DNA from: Tubiluchus corallicola
Taxonomy: Eukaryota; Animalia; Priapulida
DNA: 64,000 bases
NCBI GenBank assembly: GCA_030141605.1
Contig: JAQGDQ010000784.1
Coordinates: 31,989 to 95,988 of the forward strand
Reading direction: 5' to 3'
Shown here: positions 49,961-63,208 of the stretch, piece by piece
Numbering within the stretch: position 1 is the stretch's first letter
Layout: every line of letters starts with the position of its first letter
Made by a program: the position numbers and the translations under genes
Notes under the pieces: generated by a model
What the model saw: the letters and a program-made list of their open reading frames with translations, nothing else
Databases searched by the model: none
What the model was told of the DNA's origin: nothing

Positions 49961-50124
49961 TGAACAGGTATTGTGTAGGTTATTGTGAAAATAATACTTC
50001 ACAGTTAAATTCAAATGAATTAGATTCAGTTTTTGAGAGATAAATTTAATGACTAATCAAAGCAACTTCCTATCTTCAATCAGTAAATTAAACCTAAATT
50101 TCTGGAAAAGTTTCTTCTTTGCAG

Positions 50125-50217
50125 GATATTAGGGATTGCACGGGACCACTGGAGCAGCTGAATGAACTCAACTCTTATGCTCGAGAACTTCTGCAAAGCA
50201 TACAGAAGAAACTAAGC
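50125..50217 (+). CDS. BNIP1: BNIP1/Sec20 coding exon 2
   Basis: TTTGCAG|DIRDCTGPLEQLNELNSYARELLQSIQKKLS|GTGAGT, 93 nt. Confidence 0.9.
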
Positions 50218-50717
50218 GTGAGTAGAGAGAAAGATGACCAACTCTTTTTTCTCCTTTGACTTTGACTCTGAGACTGCATGTCGCCTGGCATGGCAATTCA
50301 TTGCAAATATTAGTCCAAGGTTTTAGAATGACATAAAAAACTATTCAGCCAATTCAAAAACTTAAAAAGAAATATAGAGCAATGATTCTCAACAAGTACA
50401 ACACTTCCTAATATCCCACACCTACTGCAGCAGTCATACCACAATCCTGGTACAGATTATACAAAACAAGACATCATTGGTAAATCTTTAGAGCTGATGT
50501 AATCATTGCGCAATCTACTGTCTTTCTTCCTACTATTTCCACTAACACATCATTCTTCCTTTCCTGTGTGATCTAAGCTTTCTCCTTGTTCTTTTTTGTT
50601 CACTCATCCATTCTTTTTTATCTGGTTCACATGACGTGGGCTTACACAAGCCTTTGCTTCTCTAGCCCAGTGCAGTACAATTATTCTTTTATGATAGCGA
50701 CAAACATAATAAACATA

Positions 50718-50862
50718 ATAATATATAATATAATATAATATAATATAATATAATATAATATAATATAATATAATATAATATAATATAATATAATATAATA
50801 TAATATAATATAATATAATATAATATAATATAATATAATATAATATAATATAATATAATATA
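50718..50862. repeat. (TAATA)n pentanucleotide microsatellite
   Basis: Direct reading. Confidence 0.95.
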
Positions 50863-52071
50863 CGTAATAGCACAGTATAATGCTTAAGCATGTTTAATTG
50901 GCTAGTTGTTTAATGCTTGCGGTTAAGTGTGCAGGCATCGCTGGTGTAACTCTTGTCAAGACCATGCACTACTCAACGTGTTGTCTACTGTACACAATTG
51001 ATGCAGCCTAAAAACAATTGCAGTATGAAAAGTGAAACCTTTTTTTATTCTTTGTGTATTTGCCAAACATTGTTCAGTTGTTACAGTGTAAATCTGATAC
51101 GGAACAAAAATCTTATAGGTTGCCTCTCTGTGGCATTAAGGGTTTTGTAACATCGCATTTGTGCGTCTGTACACCCCTCAGGTCGATGTGGCCGGGTTCG
51201 TTGTGTGAAACATAATAATTTATTACTGTATTGTGTAACAGTTTTGATGTTACCATGTATTACACGTCATTATATTGTACTGAATGCGATAATAATAAAA
51301 ACTTCAAACTTGATGTGCTTTCGTTCTAATGGTGTTTGTAAAAAGAAAACTGTAATTTAATGAGAAACAGTGACAGATTTTGTCCTTGGTGATCTGAAAA
51401 ATAATATTGCGTGAGGTTCTTTTTGTCAAAATTTTTTGCTCGGTACATTTGTTATTTTTTGGTTCTTTTTATGCATCTAGAAATTTTAGCCATTTTATGC
51501 ACATTAAGTGAATATTATAATATTTACTTTCATTGTAATATTACTTTTATAGGCCTATATCTACAGTATCAGTCAGTAAATAACCACATATAACAAATTT
51601 ACATAATGCAAGAAAAACAATTAGTTTCTTCTCAATAAATGCTGTGAAAGAGTTAGTTTTTCATATTTTTGCGTACTTTTGTGAGTTGTTTGTTTAGCAT
51701 TGATTTCAGAGATAAGAAAATGCATACTACTGTGATGTACAATAAGTTATATACAACTTTACTACAGAGTATTTGCGGGTTATTCCATGTCAAATGGACC
51801 AAGACTTCAGTTGTGACCATCTTACATTTGCTTCATACTTTCAAAATATGTTCTGCTATTATATTAATGAAGGACACAGAACACTGGTTTAATATAATTA
51901 ATATCTTAAAGTTATTAACCTACTGTTATTATCCTAAAGTAATTAATGAAAAAGGGTCGTTAACTTTTTTGGTGCTTTCATGAGTGCGTTTTTTCTCAGA
52001 GCAAATTTTAGTTAGCTATATCCCTGTATGTACATTGTGAGAGAGAGAGAGGGGGGGAGAGAGAGAGAGAG

Positions 52072-52115
<44 letters not shown>

Positions 52116-52584
52116 TACACATTGTGTAGCAATCACAAAACTCAGAATAGGTTTTGTGCAATGGACTGGCAAACACCCTAGCAAAGATGGCATTAATTAT
52201 TTTGGGCCCTGTTTGGCAGCCTCCTAGGCCCTGAAGCGATATTCTCCTTTTTTATATGAAATCCTTTATCACTTGATTGTTTCAATTGTGCAATTTCCAG
52301 TTCATCCAGATGCAAACTTTTAGAGCTAGGAGTCTTCCGAAATTAAAAATTGAGATTTTTGCATGTTTCAAGTCGTTATAACTTAGCTCTGACAATACGG
52401 ATTAAAATATTAATAGCATCATTAGAAAGACTATCTAAAAATTGACAAATGCCTAAAATACTGTTGTGGTGTTCTTATTGCTAATATGATTTTTTTGTGT
52501 TCATTAATGTCATACAGTTTTGTAGTTGCTACATGTGTACATACGCATGGAGAGTGCATGTTGTAATTTTCGGGCTTGTAGCTA

Positions 52585-53205
52585 CCGTGTTTTCCCATGT
52601 ATAAGAGACCCTTTTTTGCTCAGAATTTTCACTTTAAAAATAGGGGGTCTCTTATACATGGGAGTAAGTCTTTTCAATAAAATGCATAAATTGTGACACT
52701 AATGATTTTAAAGAAATAAGTGCTCTACAACTGTTTTATTTCGAATAATTATAGTTTCCTTTCAATAAATCTTCTCCATGGCTAAATTCTAATGATAAAA
52801 TTAATGTACCGGGTAAGTTATTATTTTTTTAAATGTCTCTTTGGTATTTGAGAGAAATCGATTGTTCTGCAGCCAATCAACGCATCTGCATAAGCTCTCT
52901 GCATGCCCGTCGACGTCATTGATACGTCGGCAGAGGTCAACGAGATGAGTCAGCCTAAGCAAGGCGTGTCGCGTTCGACTATGAAGCGGTTGTAAGCAAT
53001 ACAAGCATCGTGACACAGGCATTATCTCCTCGTTTTCTCTTTTCCTGTTACAGGTTTGATATTTTTGATGAGAGTGATGAGGAATTTAATGATTTCTATG
53101 ATGAATAAAGTTATTCATTACCAAAAAACTTTTTTCCAGAATTTTTGCCTAAAAATTGAAGGGGTCTCTTATACACAAGGGTCTCTTATACATGGGAAAA
53201 TACGG
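52585..53205. mobile_element. Tc1/mariner-superfamily (pogo/Tc2-like) MITE
   Basis: 27-bp TIR CCGT(G/A)TTTTCCCATGTATAAGAGACCC with a TA on each side; internal repeats of GGGTCTCTTATAC. Confidence 0.85.
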
Positions 53206-53332
53206 TAATTTGGTAGTAAAGATATAGCTAATTAAATTTTGTTCTAACAAAAAACACACTCACGATGCACCAAAAAAGGTAACGGCTTTTCTCTGTTAAT
53301 TAGTGAATAACTTCAAAACTATTAATTGTACG

Positions 53333-53879
53333 GACTCTGGCCAAATCATGTTGAAAACACAGGTTCTCGTCTGATCAATGAAGGTAAGCCGGTGAGCCTG
53401 GTTAATACTTGGATGGGTGACCACATAAGAATACCAGGTGCTGTAGGCTTGCGCGATGCCCACATTGTATCTCGACACTAGGCGGAAGAGCTGCACAAGC
53501 AGCCAATGGCTAGAGGGCGGAGGAGGTCAAGTGACCCAACGGCCATGTGTAGAGGAGTAAACCTTCCAAATCAGGTGTGGAGCCCCGAAGGCGGACCAGT
53601 GCAGCATGCTCACTGACTCCGTCAGCTTCTGCAGCCAACCTGGTGTCAAACGTATCGCTCCGCTTTCCTTTGGACTACAGCAGCGAGGAAGAGAGGGGGT
53701 TCCTGTTGTCTGGGCAACTCAGGATCTCCATACACCTTGCCCAGGCGTGTGCCATGGAGAGGTTCAAGGATCGCACTGCTCAGCCACAGTCGACGCTGCA
53801 GCTCCAACAATGTGATCAATAACTGGCTCTCTTGGCGCACACTCCATTGTCTTCCGAGACAGACGGATGCCAACCAACC
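53333..53879 (+). mobile_element. 5S rRNA-headed SINE, copy 2
   Basis: Diverged 5S head at about 53336-53451, same body as copy 1, (CCAA)n tail; TSD ATTAATTGTACG at 53321-53332 and 53880-53891. Confidence 0.88.
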
Positions 53880-54157
53880 ATTAATTGTACGAACACAATA
53901 TTTCGAAGACTTTCTGTTTAATACTCATGCAATTTATCATAGTTTCGGCCAAATTCATGACGGTCACCACTCAACTGCTTCTAAATTTGGTCCATTTGAG
54001 GCGGAATGACCCTCTTAATAATTACTTAGTTGGCAGTGTCACTATGTACAACTCATTGTTTGTCTAATGTATTCCACTACAGTGAAATTATTTGGGTCGT
54101 CATACTGGTGCATAGTTATCCGATTATTGGCGTTTATTGTTTCATTCTACGTTGCAG

Positions 54158-54249
54158 GAATTGGAATTGTTGGGAAGAGAACAGGATAAAGAGACAGATA
54201 AAATCGCCATCTTGAAGGACGTCCAACAGCGAAGAAAACAATTGGAAAG
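54158..54249 (+). CDS. BNIP1: BNIP1/Sec20 coding exon 3
   Basis: TTGCAG|ELELLGREQDKETDKIAILKDVQQRRKQLE+AG|GTTGGT; conserved EQDKE motif. Confidence 0.9.
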
Positions 54250-54386
54250 GTTGGTGTAGCAGCCACTCTTAATCGTTTTTTGACCAAGCGAGTTTCTCTC
54301 TCTGCATAAGTCTTTGTCAAAGCTAATTTTTGGCTTATTATTATCAATACTTTGTTCTTTCTATGATTTTAAATTTTACTCTATGG

Positions 54387-54880
54387 CAGGGATGTGCAAA
54401 TTTCGGCCCGCGGGCCACTTGCGGCCCGCCGAGAGAATTTGTGCGAGGAGATTTGTCAACCTAATGAAAGTGTGGCCCGGGCGATTAATTGAGTGTATCT
54501 AGCTGAAGTCCGTGCCACGATCCCAAAGATAGTGCAGGTAGTTTTTTCTACTAGATCGGATGCCATTAACCCTTACAAGACGGTTGTAGCTTAATGTCAC
54601 TGTACTACACAGACTGTGTGATACACATTACTAATATGCATTGTAATGAAATTACCACTATCTGTCCTGAAAGTAGAAATATATGGTTTGTAATATAAAT
54701 TTTAATAACTTGTAAAATAGTTTCTTGAGTGTAGTAGTAATCATGTACGCAGGTCGGATGCAAAAAAAATCGTTATTAGGCCTTTTTGTACTTGCCTCCT
54801 TGACCAAACTGCCTGTGGCCTGCAGGAATTATGGGAAAGTTTAAAGTGGCCCAGCTAGTCAGATAATTTGCACATCCCTG
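54387..54880 (-). mobile_element. hAT-type MITE, family H copy 3 (inverted)
   Basis: TIR CAGGGATGTGCAAATT...AATTTGCACATCCCTG; 8-bp TSD (C/T)TCTATGG. Confidence 0.9.
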
Positions 54881-56322
54881 TTCTATGGCATTGGAAGTGT
54901 AGGGCGCAAGCTCTCGAAATCTTTTTCACTTAAACTACCAAAGTTTTTTCATACTTGTGCTCATATCCAAAGGTCCTGGAAACACTTGCGAACAACGATG
55001 TATTATATTGATGCAAGTCGAAGCAAATATTCATGGAATGAGTCCGTTCACAGTTTCTGCCTGTCGCAGTTGCTGTAGGTCAAAGGTTAAGTGTATCACA
55101 GCAATGCCTCTTAACAACAACCGTCACGTGACATATGTATAAAGCAAAGCCGTCTGCATGCATCAGTTCAGTAACTTCCACTTTTTATGTGCACTTGAAA
55201 GAATTATGCACTAGTCTGTATGTTGAATGAATTACTACCAGGATCTTGCTTTGGAATGAAATGAATCAAAAATGAACTATATAAGGTTCTAGCCATCTGT
55301 TAAAACTCTTAGTATTACAATATCTTGGGCTGTGAGGCATTGTCATGTGTACACAAATGCATTGTCTGGTACACTTAACCTTTGAACTTTTCGTGATGAT
55401 CATCATCGCTGGAACTGTGAAAAGGCTTAGTAAAGCTATCTGTTGTTTTTCTTAAAAGAAACTTTTGTTTACTATCAGAGTTACAAACTTTTGTTAGGCT
55501 GAGCCAATACCTACAAAAACTTGTTTTATTAAAAATAAAAAGACATTTATTCTCAACAGCAGTCATTAAAGGTCAAATACAGCGTACTTTACGAAATTTC
55601 AGTTTTACACAAAATAGAAAGAAAATGCTTTAGCCAACACTTTTCGATACATTTATCAATTTTTTCGTGGTTTATATGAGGGCAAGTCATTTTCAAAGGA
55701 TGTTCTGGAACTTCATGCATTTTGCTCACTAGATGACGCCAGCGAAATACTCACCTCCGTTACAGCAGCGTTTTCATTTTGTTGTCACGTCACGTTTCCA
55801 TGCCTAGTATTGTTAACAAATTCAGGGTCACGGAAATGATTCGGCGTCCAAGAAAGCTGTTACTAGTACTATTCCTTAGCCTGGGAAATTTCAAGAGCAA
55901 AACTGGTCAAAATGTTTTGGGGAAATTGCTACTTCAAGGCCCCGATTTCATTAGGAAGGAAGCCATGAAATTTAATAAAAGTAGCGTCAAATTTTAAGTT
56001 ACGGTTAGCTTTTTTAATTAAAGAAAACTTGTTTTTATGTTAAATTTGAGTTCAATCACAACATGATATTTTCGCGAAACAGATGCTTCCTTCACCAGGT
56101 TACGTAAAATGAATTGTATATTTTATTGTGAAAAATTGCAAAAAATTTTCTTGTTCAATTTTTCGAAAGTAACGATTTCAGAAGCTTCATAAGGTTCAGA
56201 AGTTTATAAGGCGACTGGAGTCATGTCATGGAATGCAGACTCTGACATTGCATAATTATTTCAATCTTATTTTGATATAAGAGATAAACTTACTAACACC
56301 CCTGTTCCTATGTTTTTATTAA

Positions 56323-56869
56323 AGGTAAACCGGACGATTGTTTAGACTCAATCTCATTTTAATTTACTGTCCAAAATATACGTTTTCTTGCCTATAAAAA
56401 TTAGCAATTGTTTCTTATATTTGAATAATTAGCTTAGAAAGTTAATTAATGGCAACCGAACACAGCTATTGCTTACGTCAGAAACTAACCACAGTTTGTG
56501 CCATGGCAGGCGTCTTCCCTTGCGCATCAAGCACATTTCCATATGTGTTAGAGTACTGTTTAAACTCGTGATGTCACGGAAATGGGCTCTACATCATATG
56601 ACGTCAGAAACTAACACTGCAGTTCATGATCACGGTTATCACGGTACCGCCTTCTATTTGTCGGCAACGCGAATGTGACAAAAAGGCGCCGCTGCCAATC
56701 TTAGTAGATTCAATGAGCCGCGCGTGGCTTTGAAAGTTTAATGAAATTTGAGTATCCGGGATAATTATTATTTAATCTAAGCTTTGATTTAAAAAAGCTA
56801 TTGTAGTTTTCAATATTTTAGAGCATTCTTTATTCTGAACTAATGTTTACACAATCATCCGGTTTTCCT
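56323..56869 (+). mobile_element. Kolobok-like MITE, family B copy 1
   Basis: TTAA|AGGTAAACCGGACGATTGT...ACAATCATCCGGTTTTCCT|TCAA; inverted homologue at 62476-63017. Confidence 0.75.
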
Positions 56870-57049
56870 TCAACGGCAAAAGAGAAACTTTTCAATGTAC
56901 TAACAATTCTTTTTAGCTGCAAAAATCGAGACATTAAAATTTACATTAAGGATGCACGTGCTTTTATAAACTATTATTCCAATTTTTGCTTATAATAAGT
57001 TTCTGCCATCTTCATTTTCACCAATAATCTTTAGGTGTCCCTTTTTCAG

Positions 57050-57163
57050 CACCATAGCGTCTTTGCGTAAGGCAAATGTGACAAGTCGCCTGGCAATAGA
57101 GAGAAGCTCAAGGGATCATCTGTTGAGGAGTTCAGAAAATGGCTGGTCGGAAAGCAGGAGGAG
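57050..57163 (+). CDS. BNIP1: BNIP1/Sec20 coding exon 4
   Basis: TTTTTCAG|C+TIASLRKANVTSRLAIERSSRDHLLRSSENGWSESRR+AG|GTGCGA; conserved RKAN motif; phases match both neighbouring exons. Confidence 0.85.
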
Positions 57164-57170
57164 GTGCGAC

Positions 57171-57677
57171 TGCCTTTGCTGAAAATGTGGAAATTGAAGT
57201 TTTAAAACTAAATTCTTTCCTGGTGTTAGAAATGAGTGCCTCTAGATGGCAGCACCACATCCAATTTTTGTGTCTTCTGTATAGAAAACAGTGCCTTTGC
57301 TAAAAATGTGGAAATTGAAGTTTTAAAACTAAATTCTCTCCTGGTGTTAGAAATGTGTGCCTCTAGATGGCAGCACCATATCCAGTTTTTGTGTCTTCTG
57401 TATGGAAAACAGTGCAATACTAACACATTTATTTTGTCTGTGTTTACTGAAAGATGCAGCACGACCTTAAAGAAAGGTGCAGCACAACTTTAAAGAAAGG
57501 TGCAGCACAACATTACGGAAAGGTGCAGCACAACATTACGGAAAGGTGCAGCACAACTTTATGGAAAGGTGCAGCGCAACTTTACCGAAAGGTGCAGCAC
57601 AACTTTACAGAAAGGTGCAGCACAACATTAGGGAAAGGTGCAGCATAACTTTACAGACAGGTGCAGCACAACATTAT
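57171..57677. repeat. 121-bp direct duplication followed by a 22-bp minisatellite (about 10 copies)
   Basis: TGCCTTTGCT.AAAATGTGGAAATTGAAG... occurs twice; GAAAGGTGCAGCACAAC(T/A)TTAC repeats at about 57450-57677. Confidence 0.85.
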
Positions 57678-59262
57678 GAGTTTATTTGCCCTTAACAGTG
57701 ATCATATCTTTTGCTCATTCTAAAAAAATGAACAAACAAGTTCAAACCAACTTGCAAATCACTAAATAAATACTCTGCAGCAGTCACCACTTAATAACAC
57801 TACTAATAACCAGCAATAAGTGGTCTTAATAAACGGGGCGGGTTTTATGAGACAACCTGTTGTAAGAGTGTGTATTTGGCAAAGTACAGAAATGCTTCAC
57901 TCTAATTAATACTATATGTGTGCTTGGAAACCAAAACTGTCCGTAAGTAATAGTTAAAACTACCTTATGATGCTTCAAAGTAGAAAGACCCAAAAATTTG
58001 GTTAAATGTCAATTTTTCGTATTTTGTAAAAACCAATGCTAAATGTATTGGACTTTTATATTCTAGCATCAAATTATCAAAAAACACTAAAAATTTAATT
58101 TTATAACTCTTTACCTGCTTTTTTGTCTAGAAACTAGTACTACAATTGTGAAAAACTCCTTTTTTTAAACTACTTCCAGGTAGTAACACCTGGAAGCTGT
58201 CATTTAACTTCGAGTTTTTTCTGTTGTCAAGCCCAGATCTTCATCAGGAAGAGCCATTTACTGGATTTGAACATAATTTCAATGTGTTCTTGCAAAGTCC
58301 GTAGCAACCAACATTTGTACGGTTGCTAAGTGTTTTGTAGAAATGCAACAAAAAACAATGGCTAACTTTAATGGTGATTTTCTCAAGGTTACGTGTGTCA
58401 GTGTGCAGCCTGCACCCCAACTTCAATGTAGATTATCTCAGCTTAGAAATAACATAGAGCGATGAGTTTGGTATCAAAATGATCCTCATGAAATGCAGAT
58501 TCAGGATAGGTGAATAACTAGAAAAGCTTAATTACTGATTTTCCTATGCAAGCACACACAAACGGACCTCAACTTTAACGTGAATTATCTCAGCGTATAA
58601 ATAACGTAGAGCGATGAACTTGGTATGAAAACGATCTTCATGAAATGGAGATTCAGGATACATAAATAACTAGAAAACCTTAATTGCCGACTTATGGACG
58701 ATTTTGCTACGCAAGCACACATAAGATAGTTAAACATGAGGCAGGCAGCCTGCAAAACCACTCAAGCTTACAACAATGATACAAGTTCATTCAACAGACT
58801 AAAACGTACTTTAGCAGCTGTATATGCAGAGATGTTACGGAGAATGTGACTTTGACTAAGAAGCAGTGGATCTAGGAAATTGGACTGAAATTTCAACTGA
58901 ATACCTTGAAAAATATGCAGACTACCGGAAATACACTCATTTTTTCATCTTGCTGTTGCTTTTGTTACCTATTACTGAAAAATGATTATGGCCTAATTAA
59001 ACACCGAATTTTCTTAACAATAGTTTTCATAGGGGAATTCTGGATCGTGTCTAAATGATTCCAAAATGCTGGTTTTTATTATCTGTGGTTTTATTAAGCG
59101 TCGGGTACTGTACTACTAAAAAAACTATTTTGTCTTAGGGAAAGACATTTTGAATCTACACCACACCTTGTCATCTGACTTATTGTTTGTAATTAATGCG
59201 CCATCTTGCTCATTGCAAGATGCCATCAGAAGAGTCTGCATCATGTTTATCATATTTTTCAG

Positions 59263-59384
59263 AAAGCAAGCAACACAAGAAACCGTGCTAAACCAGGCGT
59301 CTGGGATCACGGAAGATCTGATGAGGGTGAACAGAATGATGGCGAACACCGTCGGACACAGTCAAGAAACAATGTCTCACTTGG
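59263..59384 (+). CDS. BNIP1: BNIP1/Sec20 coding exon 5
   Basis: TTTTTCAG|A+KQATQETVLNQASGITEDLMRVNRMMANTVGHSQETMSHL+G|GTCAGT; start of the Sec20 SNARE coil (ITE.LM...RMMA). Confidence 0.9.
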
Positions 59385-59896
59385 GTCAGTGCCAAATTCT
59401 TGTTTACCGAGTGTATGTGGTCATAGGCCAGGTGCCAGATGTTTCGTTATAGTTTGAATTTATTGCATTAATTTATTTCACATTAATTATCCTTACAAAG
59501 TGAGCAACTATAGAATTGTTGATTCAGTCTGTGTGTATGTCTGTTACTCTGTCTGTTACCAGGTTTCTCAGCTGTGGTGTAAAGTCATTATATGATATAA
59601 TTGTTGAATGATTGCCATCAAATTGTCATCGTTAGAAAACTCGTTTAAATGTTGTGCAAGGTAATTGTAGGTGCAGCGTTAGTGCAGCAACAATGATTCA
59701 TTGCAGAAAATGCAAAAACTTTTACATTAATTTAAGTTCAGTACGGTTCTTGTACTGCCACACCTGTTGCTGTTTAATCTGTTTTGCATTGGAGAAATGC
59801 GGTTCCTTCAATCTGTTCACATCCTACGTGAATGCACTGAGTAATTTTTTGAATGCCGCATACGCTAAAGTAGGTGATAAATTATGCTAAAAAGCA

Positions 59897-60063
59897 TTAT
59901 TGTTGTTGTTGTTGTTGCTGCTGTTGTTGCTGTTGTTGTTGTTGTTGTTATTGTTCTTGGTGGTGGTGGTGGTTGTGGTGGTGGTGGTGCTGTTGTTGTT
60001 GTTGTTCTTCTTCTTATTATTATTATTATTATTATCATCATTATTATTATTATTATTATTATT

Positions 60064-60140
<77 letters not shown>

Positions 60141-60218
60141 TATTATTATTATTGCTGCTGCTGCTGCTGCTACTGCTACTTCGACTGCGACTACGACTAT
60201 GACTACTACTACTATTAT
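59897..60218. repeat. Mosaic trinucleotide microsatellite (GTT/GGT/ATT/ATC/GCT/ACT)
   Basis: Direct reading. Confidence 0.95.
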
Positions 60219-60372
60219 TTATTTTATTTCAGACAGTTTCAGTCCATAGAACAATGAAAATAAGGCACAAGTAAAAACACAGGGTTGGTTTGCAGAAACA
60301 TAGGAAGTTTATATACAAGAAAGGATTAGCTAGAATGGGTAAAAAACACTGTATTCTTCTTTTTTCTTGCAG

Positions 60373-60566
60373 TCAGTTCTTCAGCACAAATCTCTGAGAC
60401 ACAAGAGGAATTCAAGAGCCAGAGTGGCGTATTGCAGATGTCCAAGAAGCTGCTGACCAAATACGGACGTCGGGAATTTACCGACAAACTGCTTATTTTT
60501 CTGGCTCTCGTTTTCTTTTTTGCCACGGTGCTGTACATAATGAAAAGGCGACTGTTCCACAGCTGA
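60373..60566 (+). CDS. BNIP1: BNIP1/Sec20 last coding exon (SNARE end and tail anchor)
   Basis: TTCTTGCAG|TC+SSSAQISETQEEFKSQSGVLQMSKKLLTKYGRREFTDKLLIFLALVFFFATVLYIMKRRLFHS then TGA; matches the KY.RRE.TDKLLIFLAL..F.ATVLYI motif. Confidence 0.93.
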
Positions 60567-62465
60567 TGTGAAAGAATTGTTACATTGCCACGGTGCTGTA
60601 CATAATGAAAAGGCGACTGTTCCACAGCTGATGTAAAAGAATTATTACATTGCCACGGTGCTGTACATAATGAAAAGGCGACTGTTCCACAGCTGATGTG
60701 AAAGAATTATTACATTGCCACGGTGCTGTGCATAATGAAAAAGTGACTGTTCCACAGCTGATGTGAAAGAATTGTTACATTGCCACGGTGCTGTACATAA
60801 TGAAAAGGCGACTGTTCCACAGCTGATGTGAAAGAATTGTTACATTGCCACGGTGCTGTACATAATGAAAAAGCGACTGTTCCACAGCTGATGTGAAAGA
60901 ATTGTTACATTGCCTCGGTGCTGTACATAATGAAAAGGCGACTGTTCCACAGCTGATGTGAAAGAATTGTTACATTGCCACGGTGCTGTACATAATGAAA
61001 AGGCGACTGTTCCACAGCTGATGTGAAAGAATTGTTACATTGCCACGGTGCTGTACATAATGAAAAAGCGACTGTTCCACAGCTGATGTGAAAGAATTAT
61101 TACATTGCCACTGTGCTGTGCATAATGAAAAAGCGACTGTTCCACAGCTGATGTGAAAGAATTATTACATTGCCACTGTGCTGTACATAATGAAAAGGCG
61201 ACTGTTCCACAGCTGATGTGAAAGAATTATTACATTGCCACGGTGCTGTGCATAATGAAAAAGCGACTGTTCCACAGCTGATGTGAAAGAATTATTACAT
61301 TGCCACGGTGCTGTGCATAATGAAAAAGCGACTATTCCACAGCTGATGTGAAAGAATTATTACATTGCCACGGTGCTGTACATAATGAAAAAGCGACTGT
61401 TCCACAGCTGATGTGAAAGAATTATTACATTGCCACGGTGCTGTACATAATGAAAAAGCGACTGTTCCCCAGCTGATGTGAAAGAATTATTACATTGCCT
61501 TGGTGCTGTACATAACGAAAAAGCGACTGTTCCACAGCTGATGTGAAAGAATTATTACATTGCCATGGTGCTGTACATAACGAAAAAGCGACTGTTCCAC
61601 AGCTGATGAAAGAATTTATTACACGGTGCTGTGCATAATGAAAGCGACTGTTCCACAGCGCCGATGTGAAAGAATTATTACATTGCCACGGTGCTGTACG
61701 AAAGCGACTGTTCCACAGCTGATGTGAAAGAATATTACATTGCCACGGTGCTGTACATACGAAAAGGTGACTGTTCCACAGCTGATGTGAAAAAAGAATC
61801 TATTACACAAGCACGGTGCTGTACATAATGAAAGGCGTGACTGTTCCACAGCTGATGTGAAAGAATTGTTTACGGTTGCCACGGTGCTGTGCATAATGAA
61901 AAAAGACTGTTCCACAGCTGATGTGAAAGAATTATTACATTGCCTCGGTGCTGTGCATAATGAAAAGGCGACTGTTGCACTGCTGATGTGAAAGAATTAT
62001 TACATTGCCACGGTGCTGTGCATAATGAAAAGGCGACTGTTCCACAGCTGATGTGAAAGAATTATTACATTGCCACGGTGCTGTGCATAATGAAAAAGCG
62101 ACTGTTCCACAGCTGATGTGAAAGAATTATTACATTGCCTCGGTGCTGTGCATAATGAAAAGGCGACTGTTGCACTGCTGATGTGAAAGAATTATTACAT
62201 TGCCACGGTGCTGTGCATAATGAAAAGGCGACTGTTCCACAGCTGATGTGAAAGAATTATTACATTGCCACGGTGCTGTGCATAATGAAAAAGTGACTGT
62301 TCCACAGCTGATGTGAAAGAATTATTACATTGCCTCGGTGCTGTGCATAATGAAAAGGCGACTGTTGCACTGCTGATGTGAAAGAATTATTACATTGCCA
62401 CGGTGCTGTGCATAATGAAAAGGCGACTGTTCCACAGCTGATGTGAAAGAATTGTTACGTTGCCA
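60520..62465 (+). repeat. 65-bp minisatellite (about 30 copies) built from the BNIP1 C-terminal codons and stop
   Basis: Unit TTGCCACGGTGCTGTACATAATGAAAAGGCGACTGTTCCACAGCTGATGTGAAAGAATTGTTACA; the first unit overlaps the CDS. Confidence 0.95.
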
Positions 62466-62475
62466 AAATCCTTAA

Positions 62476-63017
62476 ATGAAAACCGGATGATTGTGTAAAC
62501 ATTAGTTCAGAATAAAGAATGCTCTAAATTATTGAAAACTACAATAGCTTTTTTTAAATCAAAGCTCAGGTTAAATAATAATTACTTCGGATGCTCAAAT
62601 TTCGTTAAACTTTCAAAGCTACGCGCGGTTCAGTGAATCTACTAAGATTGGCAACGGCGCCTTTTTGTCACATTTGGCCGACAAATAGAAGGCGGTACCG
62701 TGATAACCATGATCATGAACTGCTGTGTTAGTTGCTGACGTCATATGATGTAGAGCCCATTTTTCGTGACTTCATGCATTTCAGTACTGTAACACCCATG
62801 CAAATGTGCCTGACGTGCAAGTGAAGATGCCTGCCATTGCACAAACTGTGGTTAGTTTGAGACGTAAGCAATAGCTGTGTTCGGTTGCCGTTAATTAACT
62901 TTTTAAGCTAATTATTCAAATATAAGGAACAATTGTTAACTTTTATAGGCAAGAAAATGTATATTTTGCACGGTAATTTAAAATGAGATTGAATCTAAAC
63001 AATCATCCAATCTTCCT
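62476..63017 (-). mobile_element. Kolobok-like MITE, family B copy 2 (inverted)
   Basis: TTAA flanks at 62472-62475 and 63018-63021; reverse complement of 56323-56869. Confidence 0.75.
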
Positions 63018-63208
63018 TTAAGTTGGATGTTGGTGTTCAGTTTTTCATAAACCATGTTATTATCCACATTCGAAAAATTCATTTGTAGATCAGCTTAAAA
63101 TTTGTCTATTGAACATGAAAGCTATGTGATCATTTTCAAAACTTTCAAAGTGTATATGTGGGTAAAGATCGATGACCCATCTCTTTGGTGCTATTCCGTT
63201 ACTGCAAA

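Noticed and set aside
60233-60284. Alternative BNIP1 acceptor (TTTTATTTCAG at 60232)
   Set aside because: In the required phase it reads DSFSP then stop, removing the SNARE end and anchor; the 60373 acceptor gives the conserved protein.
60520-62465. CRISPR-like 65-bp periodicity
   Set aside because: The whole 65 bp is repeated with no variable spacer, and it derives from the BNIP1 exon.
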